64,000 bases of DNA from Escherichia phage vB_EcoM_SA20RB. The notes beneath the pieces were generated by a model. That model made no database searches and was not told where the DNA came from. It saw nothing but the letters and a program-made list of their open reading frames with translations. The DNA is taken from the sequence record OL960581; one strand, 5' to 3'. Both the position numbers and the translations under genes were made by a program. Below are positions 1 to 10,151 of this stretch, piece after piece (the stretch's first letter is position 1; each line of letters opens with the position of its first letter).

Positions 1-11
1 AATTTTCCTTA

Positions 12-2189
12 TTAGGCCGCAAGGGCCTTCATAGTTTTAGCGATTTGGGAAACTTCATCATCACTTAAAGAGTTGCGATAACCGATGAAGTCGGAAACAA
101 TACGGAATTTCTTGGTAAACTCAGCAACCATTTTATCACTGTTTTTTGAAGCATTACGTGATAATTCATCAAAAAGATTAGTTACTGTCCAGATGTCATG
201 ACCGATGGTATCTTTTCCACCGTTGAAATATATACCCTGCAATGAACTAACCATATTACCAAGGCGAGTATATTCTTCGGAAACTTCATCTACACTGAAG
301 TACTTCATCATAAAATCTAGTTCAGGATACTTAATAATTTTATCAATATATCGTTTAGCTGAACTTGAATAACCTACATACTTATCATAATCTACAGCAT
401 CAAAAGCATCTACATATAAATCACGCAGAGTTTCAAAAATACATTGGCACTGACCAAGTTCTTTTACCTTTTTCTGCAAAAGCGGACGAATAACATAAAA
501 TTCATTAATACCAATAAGATTAGCCATACGAGTCAAAATACTCGTAGATGGATGACAAAGCGATGTAGTACCATCCATAGAGAAAATATCAGAACGATGC
601 ATATATGCTACATAACCAGTAATTTCATCTGCTTCTGATGTGAGTGTAAATAGTTCCTCTTTTTCCCAGCGTCCGTCTTTAATTTCAAACTTAAATGCAG
701 TAGCAGCTTTAGGACGAGGAGCTTTACTTTTAACTGCCTTCGGAATATAACTTTTAACTAAAGCTTCAATTTCTGACAAATAATGAATGTTAACTTCATC
801 ACTTTCAAACATTGCCATAATATCAGGAAGCAAATCAATCTGCGATTCTACTTCTGGATTAATAAACAGAAGCCGCTCATTGTGATGAATATTTAAGGTG
901 TTATTAAATTCACTATCATCTAACGCGCGTGCTAATCCACGGACAATATTAACACGATTTTTAGTATTATCAATAACAATATTAATTTTTGTCGTATTAA
1001 TACCAAACAGACGATAGCTTGACGCAACGGCTGAAGTTTCATGGCTTTGCTTAATGCGTTTCAGTCGAGGGTCAAGATTTACTTCATACACAACCCCTGC
1101 ATTGCATAACTTACTGTCAGGTTCAAACATGCTCTGCATCTTTTTATATGACAGATTTTTAGTCGTGAATTTGACTGAATTGCTAATCATATAATCTCGA
1201 GCAGAATATCCCATCTTCATCAATTCACGGTATGTATGACGAGGAGATGTAGATTCTTTAAATCGTTTTACATCTTCATTAAATGCCTGCTCACTGAGCT
1301 CTTTAACACGCTCAATAATATTTTTACGAGTACGATCATCTAATGAAAGAGCTTCGCGTGATGGAGCAATATCAAGTGAACCCATTGGAAACTTAATGTA
1401 ATTCACTTCATTGCGGATGCTTAACCAGTTACGATCTCTAATAACACCTTCGATAGGATAAACAATGCCGCCATAGATAGCATACAATCCACCGCGATCT
1501 GGCCAGTATCTTTCTGGATTTACACCGTAATAGTCATCAAAATCCGGAAAATAATCAATTTCGCGGTCAAGACCATTAATGATAGCCAAATCTTTGAATG
1601 GTCGCATGATATAAGAAACTTCATAAGCAAAGTTTCTAAAGTCTTTTTCTTCAACTGGAACTACGATTTCAATACCAGTTTTATCATCTGGACCCATTTC
1701 TTTTACGAATGTAGGTTTAATCTGCGGACCATCACCATCCATGTAAGCTACATAACCACGAATTTCACCTTTATGATATGAAGTAATACTAAATGTATCA
1801 GTATAACTAAACGGAGATTTAGAACCTAAACCAAATCCACCAATGAAATCGTTAGATTCAGCCTTAGATGAACTAAAGTATGAATTATACAACCCAGGAG
1901 AATTATCATCACCCTGAATATCAAAATCGCTCATACCTGGACCAAAATCTCGGCAAACAAATCGCGGATCTAATCGTCCTGGAACTTGAATGATAAATTT
2001 TTCAGGATTTCCATTAAGAGCATGGGCATCAATCATGTTGGTAATCAATTCACGAACCACTGCGCGAATCTTGTTTGTATACAAATCAGATGACAGAATT
2101 TTAAATACTTTAGGATTTGCTGCGATGCTAAATGCCTTTGATTTAGAACCATTACCAAGAATTGTTTCTTTTTCAGTGGTGATAATCAT
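12..2189 (-). CDS. rIIA: rIIA protein (725 aa)
   Basis: 725-aa ORF, ATG start at 2187-2189; size and position at left genome end match T-even rIIA. Confidence 0.85.
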   Translation of the reverse strand: MIITTEKETILGNGSKSKAFSIAANPKVFKILSSDLYTNKIRAVVRELITNMIDAHALNGNPEKFIIQVPGRLDPRFVCRDFGPGMSDFDIQGDDNSPGLYNSYFSSSKAESNDFIGGFGLGSKSPFSYTDTFSITSYHKGEIRGYVAYMDGDGPQIKPTFVKEMGPDDKTGIEIVVPVEEKDFRNFAYEVSYIMRPFKDLAIINGLDREIDYFPDFDDYYGVNPERYWPDRGGLYAIYGGIVYPIEGVIRDRNWLSIRNEVNYIKFPMGSLDIAPSREALSLDDRTRKNIIERVKELSEQAFNEDVKRFKESTSPRHTYRELMKMGYSARDYMISNSVKFTTKNLSYKKMQSMFEPDSKLCNAGVVYEVNLDPRLKRIKQSHETSAVASSYRLFGINTTKINIVIDNTKNRVNIVRGLARALDDSEFNNTLNIHHNERLLFINPEVESQIDLLPDIMAMFESDEVNIHYLSEIEALVKSYIPKAVKSKAPRPKAATAFKFEIKDGRWEKEELFTLTSEADEITGYVAYMHRSDIFSMDGTTSLCHPSTSILTRMANLIGINEFYVIRPLLQKKVKELGQCQCIFETLRDLYVDAFDAVDYDKYVGYSSSAKRYIDKIIKYPELDFMMKYFSVDEVSEEYTRLGNMVSSLQGIYFNGGKDTIGHDIWTVTNLFDELSRNASKNSDKMVAEFTKKFRIVSDFIGYRNSLSDDEVSQIAKTMKALAA

Positions 2190-2199
2190 AATTTCCTCA

Positions 2200-2403
2200 T
2201 TAATTCATATTGCGTTTAATAACTTCAGCAACTTCTAGTAGTTCATCTTTAGTTGCAGTATCGGATTGAATTTTATCTCTAATATCCTTAAAGCGGTTTT
2301 TAAACTCTTCGGCTTCTCCCATATCGAAAAAGCGTTGAATGATTCTATATTCTCGATGAACTGCTTTATCAAAAAGTTCTAAATTTACTCTATATGATTT
2401 CAT
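2200..2403 (-). CDS. small hypothetical protein (67 aa), T4 rIIA.1 position
   Basis: ATG start; immediately downstream of rIIA-upstream early promoter. Confidence 0.55.
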   Translation of the reverse strand: MKSYRVNLELFDKAVHREYRIIQRFFDMGEAEEFKNRFKDIRDKIQSDTATKDELLEVAEVIKRNMN

Positions 2404-2428
2404 TTCAATATCCTCATTTGCCCAATTA

Positions 2429-2458
2429 ATTATACCACATCCTTGTGGTAAAGTAAAC
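2429..2458 (-). promoter_or_regulatory. T4-type early promoter (GTTTAC -35, TGnTATAAT -10)
   Basis: minus strand reads GTTTAC-17/18nt-TGGTATAAT; plus-strand attata 2429-2434, gtaaac 2454-2459. Confidence 0.6.
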
Positions 2459-4275
2459 TATTGGCTCATCCATTCTTTACGAAGGTCAGCATTATCTCCC
2501 ATGAGCATTTCAAAAAGCTCCTTCCAATTCTCAGGAAGTTTAACAACATCATATACTGGATTTTGAATCATCTCACGATACTCAGATTTTTCCAAAGAGC
2601 CAAGTCCCTTAATATAACGGATGCTATGTTTAGGTAGAGCATCTTTAGCACTCTCATATTCAGCGACTGTATAAAACCATTCTTGTTTTTTACCGACCTG
2701 AGCGATGATTACAGGAGTTTTGACAAAGCGAATTCTTCCTTGTTCAAACAGTTCTGGCCAATTACTGAAAAATCCGAGCAGAGAAGGATAAATGCTTCCT
2801 AGACCATCATGGTCAGCATCGGTCATAATAGCAATATTATGATAATTCAAGTTTTCAGCTTTTTCACCAAGAACTAATCCAGTGATTGCGCAAATATCAA
2901 ACAGTTCTTTATTTTTAAGCATATCAGCATATGACATACCCCAACTGTTGAGAACTTTACCACGCAATGGATAACCGCCATGAAGTTCTTTATCACGAAC
3001 ATCAATAAGATATCCGATAGCAGAATCACCCTCAGTCAAGAAAAGAGTCGTGTCAGCATCTTTACCACAAAGATTCGCTTTAATATGTTTATGAACCTTA
3101 GCTTTAGAAGCCTTTTTAGCTGCTTTAGTTTCTGCTGCTTTTTCTGCCGCCAATTTACGAGCCAAGGCAGCTTCAATAATTGGCATCAAAATAGCTTCAT
3201 TATTTAGAATAGCGCGTGAAATCTTTTTAGCATCAAGTTGAATATGACTACGGATTTCACCAAATGGAGAAGTCAAACGCTCTTTAGTTTGAGAATCAAA
3301 TCGCATGTTTTTCATATCACGAACAAACATAACGATAGTCAAACATTCTTTAACACGTGCTTTAGTTACATCAATTTTGAACTTACGTTTGATTTGTGGA
3401 ATAAGGTCTTCACAAATATCATCCATAACACAGTCAATGTGATGGCCACCATTCTTAGTGTGAATGTTATTCACATAAGTTAATTGGCGAAATCCATCCG
3501 GTGAACGACCAACCGCAATAGAACAATTTTCTTGTTCTTGAACAATAGCATGTTCATCATACTGTCGTGCATATTTCTTAAAATTACCCTGAACCTTTTT
3601 ACCATTAAAGGTAAATTGAATATCAGGATAAACAACAGCAAGTGTCTGGAGACGATCTAGTGTAATGTCAAGATAAACTTGGGACAGCTCATTAGTTTCA
3701 AATGACATAAAATCTGGAATGAAAGTAACACGAGTTCCTTTCCATTTTCCAGGAATAGTTTCCCAGGATTTATTTTCCATGCCATTTGAACAACGAACTA
3801 CAATATTATTTTGACCATCACCAGTTTCACCAACAAACATCACAGAAAAAATGTTAGTTAAACTAGAACCAACACCATTCATACCACCGGTGACACGTTC
3901 TTTATCATCACCGAAGTTACCACCTGCTTTTGGAATAGTCCAAGCAGCAACTGGACCAGGAATTTCTTCACCGGTAGGTGTTTTAACCATCGCTTGTGGA
4001 ATACCGCGACCGTTATCTTCAACTGTTACCTGATTATTTTTAATGGTAACATTAATTTTATTCGCGAATTTAAACTTAGTACGAATACCTTCATCTACTG
4101 AGTTATCGATAATTTCATCAATAAGCTTAACAAGACCAGGTACATACTGAACACTTTCCCATTTACCAAACAGAAAGCGCTCATGCATTTCATTAGCAGA
4201 AGAACCAATGTACATGCCGCTACGCTTTTTGATATGTTCAATATCGCTCAGAATTTTAATTTCATTCTTAATCAT
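2458..4275 (-). CDS. 39: DNA topoisomerase II large (ATPase) subunit, uninterrupted gp39+gp60 equivalent (605 aa)
   Basis: GyrB-like N-terminus; C-terminus matches T4 gp60 tail (..KLPENWKELFEMLMGDNADLRKEWMSQ); ATG at 4273-4275 with GAGGA SD (track start is GTG one codon upstream). Confidence 0.85.
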   Translation of the reverse strand: MIKNEIKILSDIEHIKKRSGMYIGSSANEMHERFLFGKWESVQYVPGLVKLIDEIIDNSVDEGIRTKFKFANKINVTIKNNQVTVEDNGRGIPQAMVKTPTGEEIPGPVAAWTIPKAGGNFGDDKERVTGGMNGVGSSLTNIFSVMFVGETGDGQNNIVVRCSNGMENKSWETIPGKWKGTRVTFIPDFMSFETNELSQVYLDITLDRLQTLAVVYPDIQFTFNGKKVQGNFKKYARQYDEHAIVQEQENCSIAVGRSPDGFRQLTYVNNIHTKNGGHHIDCVMDDICEDLIPQIKRKFKIDVTKARVKECLTIVMFVRDMKNMRFDSQTKERLTSPFGEIRSHIQLDAKKISRAILNNEAILMPIIEAALARKLAAEKAAETKAAKKASKAKVHKHIKANLCGKDADTTLFLTEGDSAIGYLIDVRDKELHGGYPLRGKVLNSWGMSYADMLKNKELFDICAITGLVLGEKAENLNYHNIAIMTDADHDGLGSIYPSLLGFFSNWPELFEQGRIRFVKTPVIIAQVGKKQEWFYTVAEYESAKDALPKHSIRYIKGLGSLEKSEYREMIQNPVYDVVKLPENWKELFEMLMGDNADLRKEWMSQ

Positions 4276-4327
4276 CACTTATCCTCGTTTGGTTTCGGGA
4301 ATATTATACTCCAATAATCATAAAGCT

Positions 4328-4346
4328 AAAGGCCCGAAGGCCTTTT
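4328..4346 (-). other. UUCG-tetraloop stem-loop (RNA stability/terminator-like)
   Basis: aaaggcc-cgaa-ggccttt palindrome; minus RNA loop UUCG; between 39.1-like gene and gene 39. Confidence 0.45.
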
Positions 4347-4605
4347 ATTTAAAACGAATAGTCGAATCCTTGAAGAATAGACCAGAACATACTGTTCCTT
4401 CTACTTTCTGCCCAGTAGGTCCAATAGCACGAAATCCAGTATGTTGGAAATCATTTTCAGAGCAACCGAACCAATTATATCCAGTGATTTCAATATTAGT
4501 AAAACCACTTGAAGACAAAACTTTGGTTGCATTATCAGCATCAGTACATCCTATTAAAGACACTGCTAATACTAATGCTGCAATAGAACGATTAATATAT
4601 TTCAT
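4345..4605 (-). CDS. putative lipoprotein (86 aa)
   Basis: signal peptide with LIGC lipobox; in-frame ATG at 4603-4605 (track start GTG 4614). Confidence 0.5.
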   Translation of the reverse strand: MKYINRSIAALVLAVSLIGCTDADNATKVLSSSGFTNIEITGYNWFGCSENDFQHTGFRAIGPTGQKVEGTVCSGLFFKDSTIRFK

Positions 4606-4610
4606 AATTT

Positions 4611-4982
4611 TCACTTAAATTTAATGGCTTGAAGAAGACTAATAACTCTCAAGCGGCTTCTTTCATCTTTAACTGTAAAGGAAAGAGGGTCACCAGATTT
4701 CATAGTGATAGTGCATCCAAAATCAAAATTTTCGGGAACTTCTTCGAAGAAGTCAAATTCTTCAGCATAAATTAGAACATTACTCTGCGTACTGTGAAGA
4801 ATTTTTCCGTCATTTCCAGATGCTGTACTAATCATCGTAACATTATGACCTTTCATATCTTCAACGATAAATTCGCTTGTAGATATTACAGCATTAATAG
4901 AACCATTCCTATAAATAGCAGACATTAGATATTTCTTTTCTTCGCCTTCGCGAATACGATATTTCTTACCGATTTTAAACAT
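4611..4982 (-). CDS. hypothetical protein (about 123 aa)
   Basis: ORF; in-frame ATG at 4980-4982 (track start GTG 4988). Confidence 0.45.
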   Translation of the reverse strand: MFKIGKKYRIREGEEKKYLMSAIYRNGSINAVISTSEFIVEDMKGHNVTMISTASGNDGKILHSTQSNVLIYAEEFDFFEEVPENFDFGCTITMKSGDPLSFTVKDERSRLRVISLLQAIKFK

Positions 4983-4984
4983 AA

Positions 4985-5161
4985 TCACCCTTTAAGTAAG
5001 TCGTAAAATCCACCATTCACATGCTTAGGAGCGGAAACTAACCGAATAGCAATCCGATGACAATCAGGACATACATCAGTATCCCTTTCAGAAATTTTCT
5101 TGATTTTTTCGTATTCTTTTGCGCAGTCTTTGGATTGACATTTATAATCATAAAGAGGCAT
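4985..5161 (-). CDS. small zinc-ribbon protein (58 aa), not in ORF track
   Basis: hand-translated MPLYDYKCQSKDCAKEYEKIKKISERDTDVCPDCHRIAIRLVSAPKHVNGGFYDLLKG; CxxC..CxxC; AAGGAA SD; start 3 nt after upstream stop. Confidence 0.5.
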   Translation of the reverse strand: MPLYDYKCQSKDCAKEYEKIKKISERDTDVCPDCHRIAIRLVSAPKHVNGGFYDLLKG

Positions 5162-5163
5162 AA

Positions 5164-5583
5164 TTATTCCTTAAAGTGAGCTTTCAACATCTGATACAAT
5201 GACCATGCCTGTTCATTATTTTCAATAATAACTTTCATTACCGGGAATTCTGTGAAATCTTCTATTTGTTCTTGCTCTTCCTGCTCTTGCTCTTCGGCTG
5301 CCTGATATGGATTTTCCACTTCATCAAAGAACCCAGCTTCACTTTTTGAAAGCCAAATAAAGTCTTCATCCAAAACATCTTTACCAGAAGATAGTACTAA
5401 ATTTCCAGTAGATGACAAAATTTTAATAGGACGCCCAAGAGCATCCACATCTAAAATTTTAAAAGGATACATACCTAAACGTCGCGCATAGATTCCGTTA
5501 TCAGTATGGTCTTTAATAAAATTTTCTTGAGCTTGTTTATTTTTAAATTGATACCATTTATTAACTTCAAATTTAATAGCCAT
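5164..5583 (-). CDS. hypothetical protein (139 aa), T4 goF/comC-alpha position
   Basis: ATG start; acidic [10 protein letters not shown] stretch; assignment by position and size only. Confidence 0.45.
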   Translation of the reverse strand: MAIKFEVNKWYQFKNKQAQENFIKDHTDNGIYARRLGMYPFKILDVDALGRPIKILSSTGNLVLSSGKDVLDEDFIWLSKSEAGFFDEVENPYQAAEEQEQEEQEQIEDFTEFPVMKVIIENNEQAWSLYQMLKAHFKE

Positions 5584-5798
5584 TAATAAATTTCCTTCCA
5601 GTAAGTTGTGCCGTCTTCAGTAATTTCACGAAATACACCGTAAATTGGCTGTTTATCACCGACTTTCTCATACACATAAACAGAAGTCAAGTGAGTAAAC
5701 TTGCTAGTATGTTCCTTTTGAACTACTACCAAATTTGGATCAAATAATACATCTTCAAATTCATCATTAGTGCAGTTCTGAACAATTTTACGTTTCAT
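5583..5798 (-). CDS. cef: hypothetical protein (71 aa), T4 cef position and size
   Basis: 71-aa ORF, ATG start, TAATG overlap with downstream gene; assignment by position and size. Confidence 0.45.
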   Translation of the reverse strand: MKRKIVQNCTNDEFEDVLFDPNLVVVQKEHTSKFTHLTSVYVYEKVGDKQPIYGVFREITEDGTTYWKEIY

Positions 5799-5969
5799 TA
5801 CAATTTCCTCATTAATTAAACATTGGAGCGATGCGTTTCAGAAGAGTATCAGCACCTTTAGCGAATTTCCATTTTATTCTCCAAGTTGTTTTCTGTATCA
5901 GTAGTTGATATTGATATAGTACCATAATCAACTACTGATGTATATAGTTTTATGAAAAAATTTTAAACT

Positions 5970-6458
5970 TTATGCATAGAGAGCATTGCTATAGTGTTTA
6001 ATCCAACTTTCAGGAATGACTTTGTATGTTCCTAAAAATACCACATTGTACAGCTTAACACCATCTTCTACCCATTGATCGGTAATGTATCCACACATAG
6101 CACGAGTATAAACAACCCTTCCATCGTCTTTGATAAAGTTAAATTCACAAGGAGCAACGAACTTGATAGCTTGACCGAGTTTCCACTTAAAGTCTACGCC
6201 TACATGCGAAGTATCAATCGTTTCAATTCCTTTAGCAGGAACAGCTTTCAAAAACGCAGACTCAAGAAATTTCGCACGAACATAGCCAAACTGAGGTTTA
6301 GACTTTCCATCTTTAGGAATGATACGCACTTTTACTTCAGAATCTTCATCTTTAACACCGTGTTTAAGCTGAATGCTTACAATTTCAACCAATTTTCCTG
6401 CTGCTTTAGAGCGGGATTTATCAGATACACGAGCTAATTCACCAATATTAATAATCAT
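5970..6458 (-). CDS. motB: MotB-like protein (162 aa)
   Basis: 162-aa ORF with ATG start, downstream of early promoter 6503-6532; size and position match T4 motB. Confidence 0.55.
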   Translation of the reverse strand: MIINIGELARVSDKSRSKAAGKLVEIVSIQLKHGVKDEDSEVKVRIIPKDGKSKPQFGYVRAKFLESAFLKAVPAKGIETIDTSHVGVDFKWKLGQAIKFVAPCEFNFIKDDGRVVYTRAMCGYITDQWVEDGVKLYNVVFLGTYKVIPESWIKHYSNALYA

Positions 6459-6502
6459 AGTTATCTCTCACTTGTTAAAAAGATTTTATACTCCACAGGA
6501 CC

Positions 6503-6532
6503 ATTATACTCTGGTCCCAAGAGTTTGTAAAC
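6503..6532 (-). promoter_or_regulatory. T4-type early promoter
   Basis: plus attata 6503-6508 and gtaaac 6527-6532 (minus GTTTAC..TATAAT). Confidence 0.55.
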
Positions 6533-6534
6533 TA

Positions 6535-7077
6535 TTAATTCAAAATAGCTACCACTGCACTACGAGGTACTACACTAAAATCACCTGCATGAACAACGTT
6601 CAGAAGTTCAACACCATCTTCAATCCACTGGTCTGTTACCCAACCACAGACCGAAATAAATGGGGTCTTGATAACTACAGCACGAGTTAGAAGGTCAGTA
6701 GGATCGCATTCTTGGAAGAGGATAAGCTCTGCTTCAAAGACTATAGTTTTAATTACTTCATCATTATCTAAGCGTTGTGCTCGAATCACGTAAGCTTTAT
6801 TCTTATCATGCCAATTACTTTTTGAAAAACTTTTAACCACAAACTCGCCTTCACCCAAAACACTGGTCAATGCTTTATAACCCAAACTTAGTTCAGTAGT
6901 TTTAATTTCAGTTTCAACCAGTTTGTAGGTTTTGTCAATTTCGATGGTCCGAGCAGTCATAAAAGTTTCCTTAATTTCTAATGGTTTAACAAGAGTGCCG
7001 TATATGCTTGCTATATCCATATCAAATATTTTATCTATAGGATTTGGGGTGTATTCAGGATTATAATTAAATTTCAT
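6535..7077 (-). CDS. MotB paralog (180 aa)
   Basis: C-terminal CGWVTDQWIEDGVELLNVVHAG parallels CGYITDQWVEDGVKLYNVVFLG in 5970..6458. Confidence 0.5.
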   Translation of the reverse strand: MKFNYNPEYTPNPIDKIFDMDIASIYGTLVKPLEIKETFMTARTIEIDKTYKLVETEIKTTELSLGYKALTSVLGEGEFVVKSFSKSNWHDKNKAYVIRAQRLDNDEVIKTIVFEAELILFQECDPTDLLTRAVVIKTPFISVCGWVTDQWIEDGVELLNVVHAGDFSVVPRSAVVAILN

Positions 7078-7079
7078 AA

Positions 7080-7583
7080 TTATCTCATTTCAATAAAATC
7101 TACAAGTTCAGCATGGGATTTGCGGAACATTACTTGATGTCCTCCAATGATAACTTGGTCATCTGGCACTTCGTATACAGCAAGATAAAATCCTTTAGAA
7201 GATAATTCTTCACGCTCTTCTCGGGTGAACCATCTCATCATATCATATTCACTAGCGAAAGCAAAATGATAAAGAGCTATAAACCATCCTGGAATATAGT
7301 GATCTACGCCTACATATTCCTCTTTCTCAAATTTAGTATTAATTGCTATATTAGCATTTTTAACTAATAATTTGTCTTCGCGCGGAAGAGGAATTCTTTT
7401 GTTATCATTACTATGATGCATAAAATTAGGTCTATCATAACCTACGTGTAATAACCACTCTTCGCTCCATGAATCTATTATACTCCTGTATGGCGTTATT
7501 TGAACACAAAGATTTCGACGTATTGTTATAGCATCTTCACAATTAAGAATACTAAAAGATGATTCAACACGATAAATTTTCAT
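7080..7583 (-). CDS. hypothetical protein (167 aa)
   Basis: in-frame ATG at 7581-7583 with GAGGA SD; track start is TTG inside promoter. Confidence 0.5.
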   Translation of the reverse strand: MKIYRVESSFSILNCEDAITIRRNLCVQITPYRSIIDSWSEEWLLHVGYDRPNFMHHSNDNKRIPLPREDKLLVKNANIAINTKFEKEEYVGVDHYIPGWFIALYHFAFASEYDMMRWFTREEREELSSKGFYLAVYEVPDDQVIIGGHQVMFRKSHAELVDFIEMR

Positions 7584-7610
7584 TTTATTATCCTCAGTAG
7601 CTATGATGTT

Positions 7611-7640
7611 ATAATACCACAACTAACCGAGGAAGTAAAC
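7611..7640 (-). promoter_or_regulatory. T4-type early promoter
   Basis: plus ataata 7611-7616, gtaaac 7635-7640. Confidence 0.55.
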
Positions 7641-7646
7641 AACTTT

Positions 7647-8330
7647 TTATCGTTTTGTTGGAAGAGACAGAGGATCGCACTCTTCCTCTGACGGAGCATC
7701 TTCAAGACCCATAGCATATCGCAAAGCATACTTCATCATCAGGATGTCTTTCGCACAGTCATGAATAGAATCATGTGCAACGAATCCATCTAAAGTTCCC
7801 TTTGGAAGGGGGCATGTGGTCATATCACGAACAAGCAGAAGTGCTTCAATTCTGGTACGAATATCACGCTGATTCCAAAATTTACAAGGTTCTAACTTAA
7901 ATGTATCAAGCTCATTCTCGGAAACACCATTAAGACGTTGAATATCGCGAATGAGATCAACTAAAATTGGAAAATCAAACGACATTCCACGGCACCAGCC
8001 TTGAGATTTCCAAGGATCGATGTTATGTGCATTGATGTAATCATTAAATTTTGCAATACCATCGATAGTGCTTACATCTTCATCTGATGGTGCAATATTT
8101 TTTCGAGCTTCGGGAGACTGATTTTTCCACCATTCAATAGTGCTTTTAGTAAAAAGACGATGTCCTTTTTGGCTTTTTAAATCAAACTTGATTTTAATGC
8201 CACGTGAAACTAATTCATCAAATGTTTCAACTACTTCCGGATTAGGGTCAAAGGCAATAACAGCCAAATCAATAACAGCTGCCTTTTCACCGCTTCCCAT
8301 TGTTTCAAAATCTATAATAAAATCAAACAT
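7647..8330 (-). CDS. dexA: exonuclease A (DEDDh 3'-5' exonuclease, 227 aa)
   Basis: 227 aa, DFETMG exonuclease motif, ATG start; size/position match T4 dexA. Confidence 0.8.
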   Translation of the reverse strand: MFDFIIDFETMGSGEKAAVIDLAVIAFDPNPEVVETFDELVSRGIKIKFDLKSQKGHRLFTKSTIEWWKNQSPEARKNIAPSDEDVSTIDGIAKFNDYINAHNIDPWKSQGWCRGMSFDFPILVDLIRDIQRLNGVSENELDTFKLEPCKFWNQRDIRTRIEALLLVRDMTTCPLPKGTLDGFVAHDSIHDCAKDILMMKYALRYAMGLEDAPSEEECDPLSLPTKR

Positions 8331-8572
8331 TAAATTTTCCTCGCTAAATCGCGAATTTGACCTACAGTATAATCTTGGATATAAACTTTATTAATGGGCT
8401 CATCAATAAATTTTGCCATAGATTCAATATCTTTTTGTATCTCTTCAAGACTGTATACTATCTTTAAAGCTTTTTCGCGAATAGTAACATTATCAGGTCC
8501 TGAATTTTCTTGGATGACAGCTTTAATGTTTGCCATAAGAGATTTAAACTGCTGCAAACTTAATTCAATCAT
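8330..8572 (-). CDS. hypothetical protein (80 aa)
   Basis: in-frame ATG at 8570-8572 just after upstream stop (track start GTG 8605). Confidence 0.4.
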   Translation of the reverse strand: MIELSLQQFKSLMANIKAVIQENSGPDNVTIREKALKIVYSLEEIQKDIESMAKFIDEPINKVYIQDYTVGQIRDLARKI

Positions 8573-8825
8573 TAATAACCGCCTTATAAAGATGGCTAAT
8601 TTCACCTAAAATGTAATCACTGATTGTAACAGTTTTTACTTCACCACAAAAGAATTCTAACGCAATCAAATCTCGTTCAATTTCTTCCAATTGAAGCATT
8701 AACTTGCCTGATTCAGTTTTCACATTTTTGCGATTTTTGCTATAAGCTATTTCATAAATTTCGCTTACTTTATCTTGAAGAAGATAAAACTGATCTTTAG
8801 TTATTTCCACGAATAGCTTCCTCAA
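8565..8825 (-). CDS. hypothetical protein (start uncertain)
   Basis: track ORF starts at TTG 8825; GAGGAAG SD precedes GTG at 8808-8810, so true start may be 8810. Confidence 0.4.
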   Translation of the reverse strand: MRKLFVEITKDQFYLLQDKVSEIYEIAYSKNRKNVKTESGKLMLQLEEIERDLIALEFFCGEVKTVTISDYILGEISHLYKAVIND

Positions 8826-8831
8826 ATTTAA

Positions 8832-10151
8832 TCATACATAAAATACATCATAACGACCACGGGTAACACCAACATAAAGAAGCTGCTGAGCTAGTTCAGC
8901 ATCTGCATAATGAATACAAGGCGTATAGATAAAAGCACGGTCTACAGACATGCCCTGAGCTTTATGGAATGTTGATGCAGGAAGTGCTTTCACTTTACTG
9001 AACTGTGATTTAGCATCCCAAAAATCACTCCACGGAGCTTTTCCACCTTTATTCCAATTTTTATAAGTTTCTGCCGTTTTACCTAAAAATAGGTTAAACT
9101 TATATAGCTCTTCATCAGATGAAATTATTTTAATCTTTTCACGATAATATTCATCATCGCCGTAAGTTTCTACTGTTAAATCCCAATGACGAATTAGATA
9201 TTCTCCAGGAACACCACGAGCTTTAACAAATGTTGATGTATATTCTGCTTCTATAATACGAACTAATTGTCCGTTATTAAAAATAATTTCTGACACAGGC
9301 TTTCCATCAATTTTATATGTTTTAATTAATGGTTCCTGCATTACAATAATTTCACCAACGATAAAATCTTTATCAGTTTCAAAAATCTTTTTACGAATAA
9401 TGCTATTTAACTTGTCAACAGATTTATTCGTAAATGCCATTACGCGATTTTCAAACAAATCATCTAGTGATTTTACGATTGAAAAATAATTTACCATAAA
9501 ATCGCGTAAAGCGGTATCACCAGTAAATCCACGTACTCCATGCCCGTCAACAATTTTATCATAAATCCACTTACCATTACGAACATCAGTAGCTACATCA
9601 ATAATAGGAGCATTACTGCGTTTAACTTCAGTGAGTTCACACTGATAAAAATCTTTGTGTGTAAAGAATGGACTGATATAAGCAGTATTTTCTCCTGGAT
9701 CAACAGGTCTAATTTGCTTATTATCACCTATTCCAATTATAGTACACCAAGGTGGAATAGTTGAAAGCAGAATTTTAAATAGCTTTCTATCATACATTGA
9801 CACTTCGTCGCAGATTAATACCCTGCATTTAGCTAAATCTGGTACTTCCTTCTGTTCAAAAAGAACGTTTTCTTCATACGTAACTGGGTTAATTTTAAGA
9901 ATACTGTGAATAGTACTCGCTTCTTTCCCCGACAGTTTTGAAAGAATCTTTTTAGCTGCATGTGTAGGAGCTGCCAAAATGATACCAGTTTCGCCTGTTG
10001 ATATTAAAGCTTCAATGATGAACTTAGTAAGAGTAGTCTTACCGGTACCGGCAGGTCCATTAATAGTTACATGATGTTTCTTTTCTTTAATAGCCTTCAT
10101 AACAATGTTAAAGGCATTTTTCTGGCCTTCGGTCAAATCATCAAATGTCAT
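8832..10151 (-). CDS. dda: Dda SF1 DNA helicase (439 aa)
   Basis: Walker A GPAGTGKTT; 439 aa as T4 Dda; ATG start. Confidence 0.85.
   Translation of the reverse strand: MTFDDLTEGQKNAFNIVMKAIKEKKHHVTINGPAGTGKTTLTKFIIEALISTGETGIILAAPTHAAKKILSKLSGKEASTIHSILKINPVTYEENVLFEQKEVPDLAKCRVLICDEVSMYDRKLFKILLSTIPPWCTIIGIGDNKQIRPVDPGENTAYISPFFTHKDFYQCELTEVKRSNAPIIDVATDVRNGKWIYDKIVDGHGVRGFTGDTALRDFMVNYFSIVKSLDDLFENRVMAFTNKSVDKLNSIIRKKIFETDKDFIVGEIIVMQEPLIKTYKIDGKPVSEIIFNNGQLVRIIEAEYTSTFVKARGVPGEYLIRHWDLTVETYGDDEYYREKIKIISSDEELYKFNLFLGKTAETYKNWNKGGKAPWSDFWDAKSQFSKVKALPASTFHKAQGMSVDRAFIYTPCIHYADAELAQQLLYVGVTRGRYDVFYV

Noticed and set aside
4208-4618. 136-aa plus-strand ORF, and similar plus-strand ORFs at 444..638, 1990..2238, 2980..3207, 3238..3483, 6075..6437, 25153..25497, 29109..29525, 53022..53423
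   Set aside because: All lie antisense within well-supported minus-strand genes, lack SD sequences and have low-complexity composition typical of shadow ORFs in AT-rich DNA
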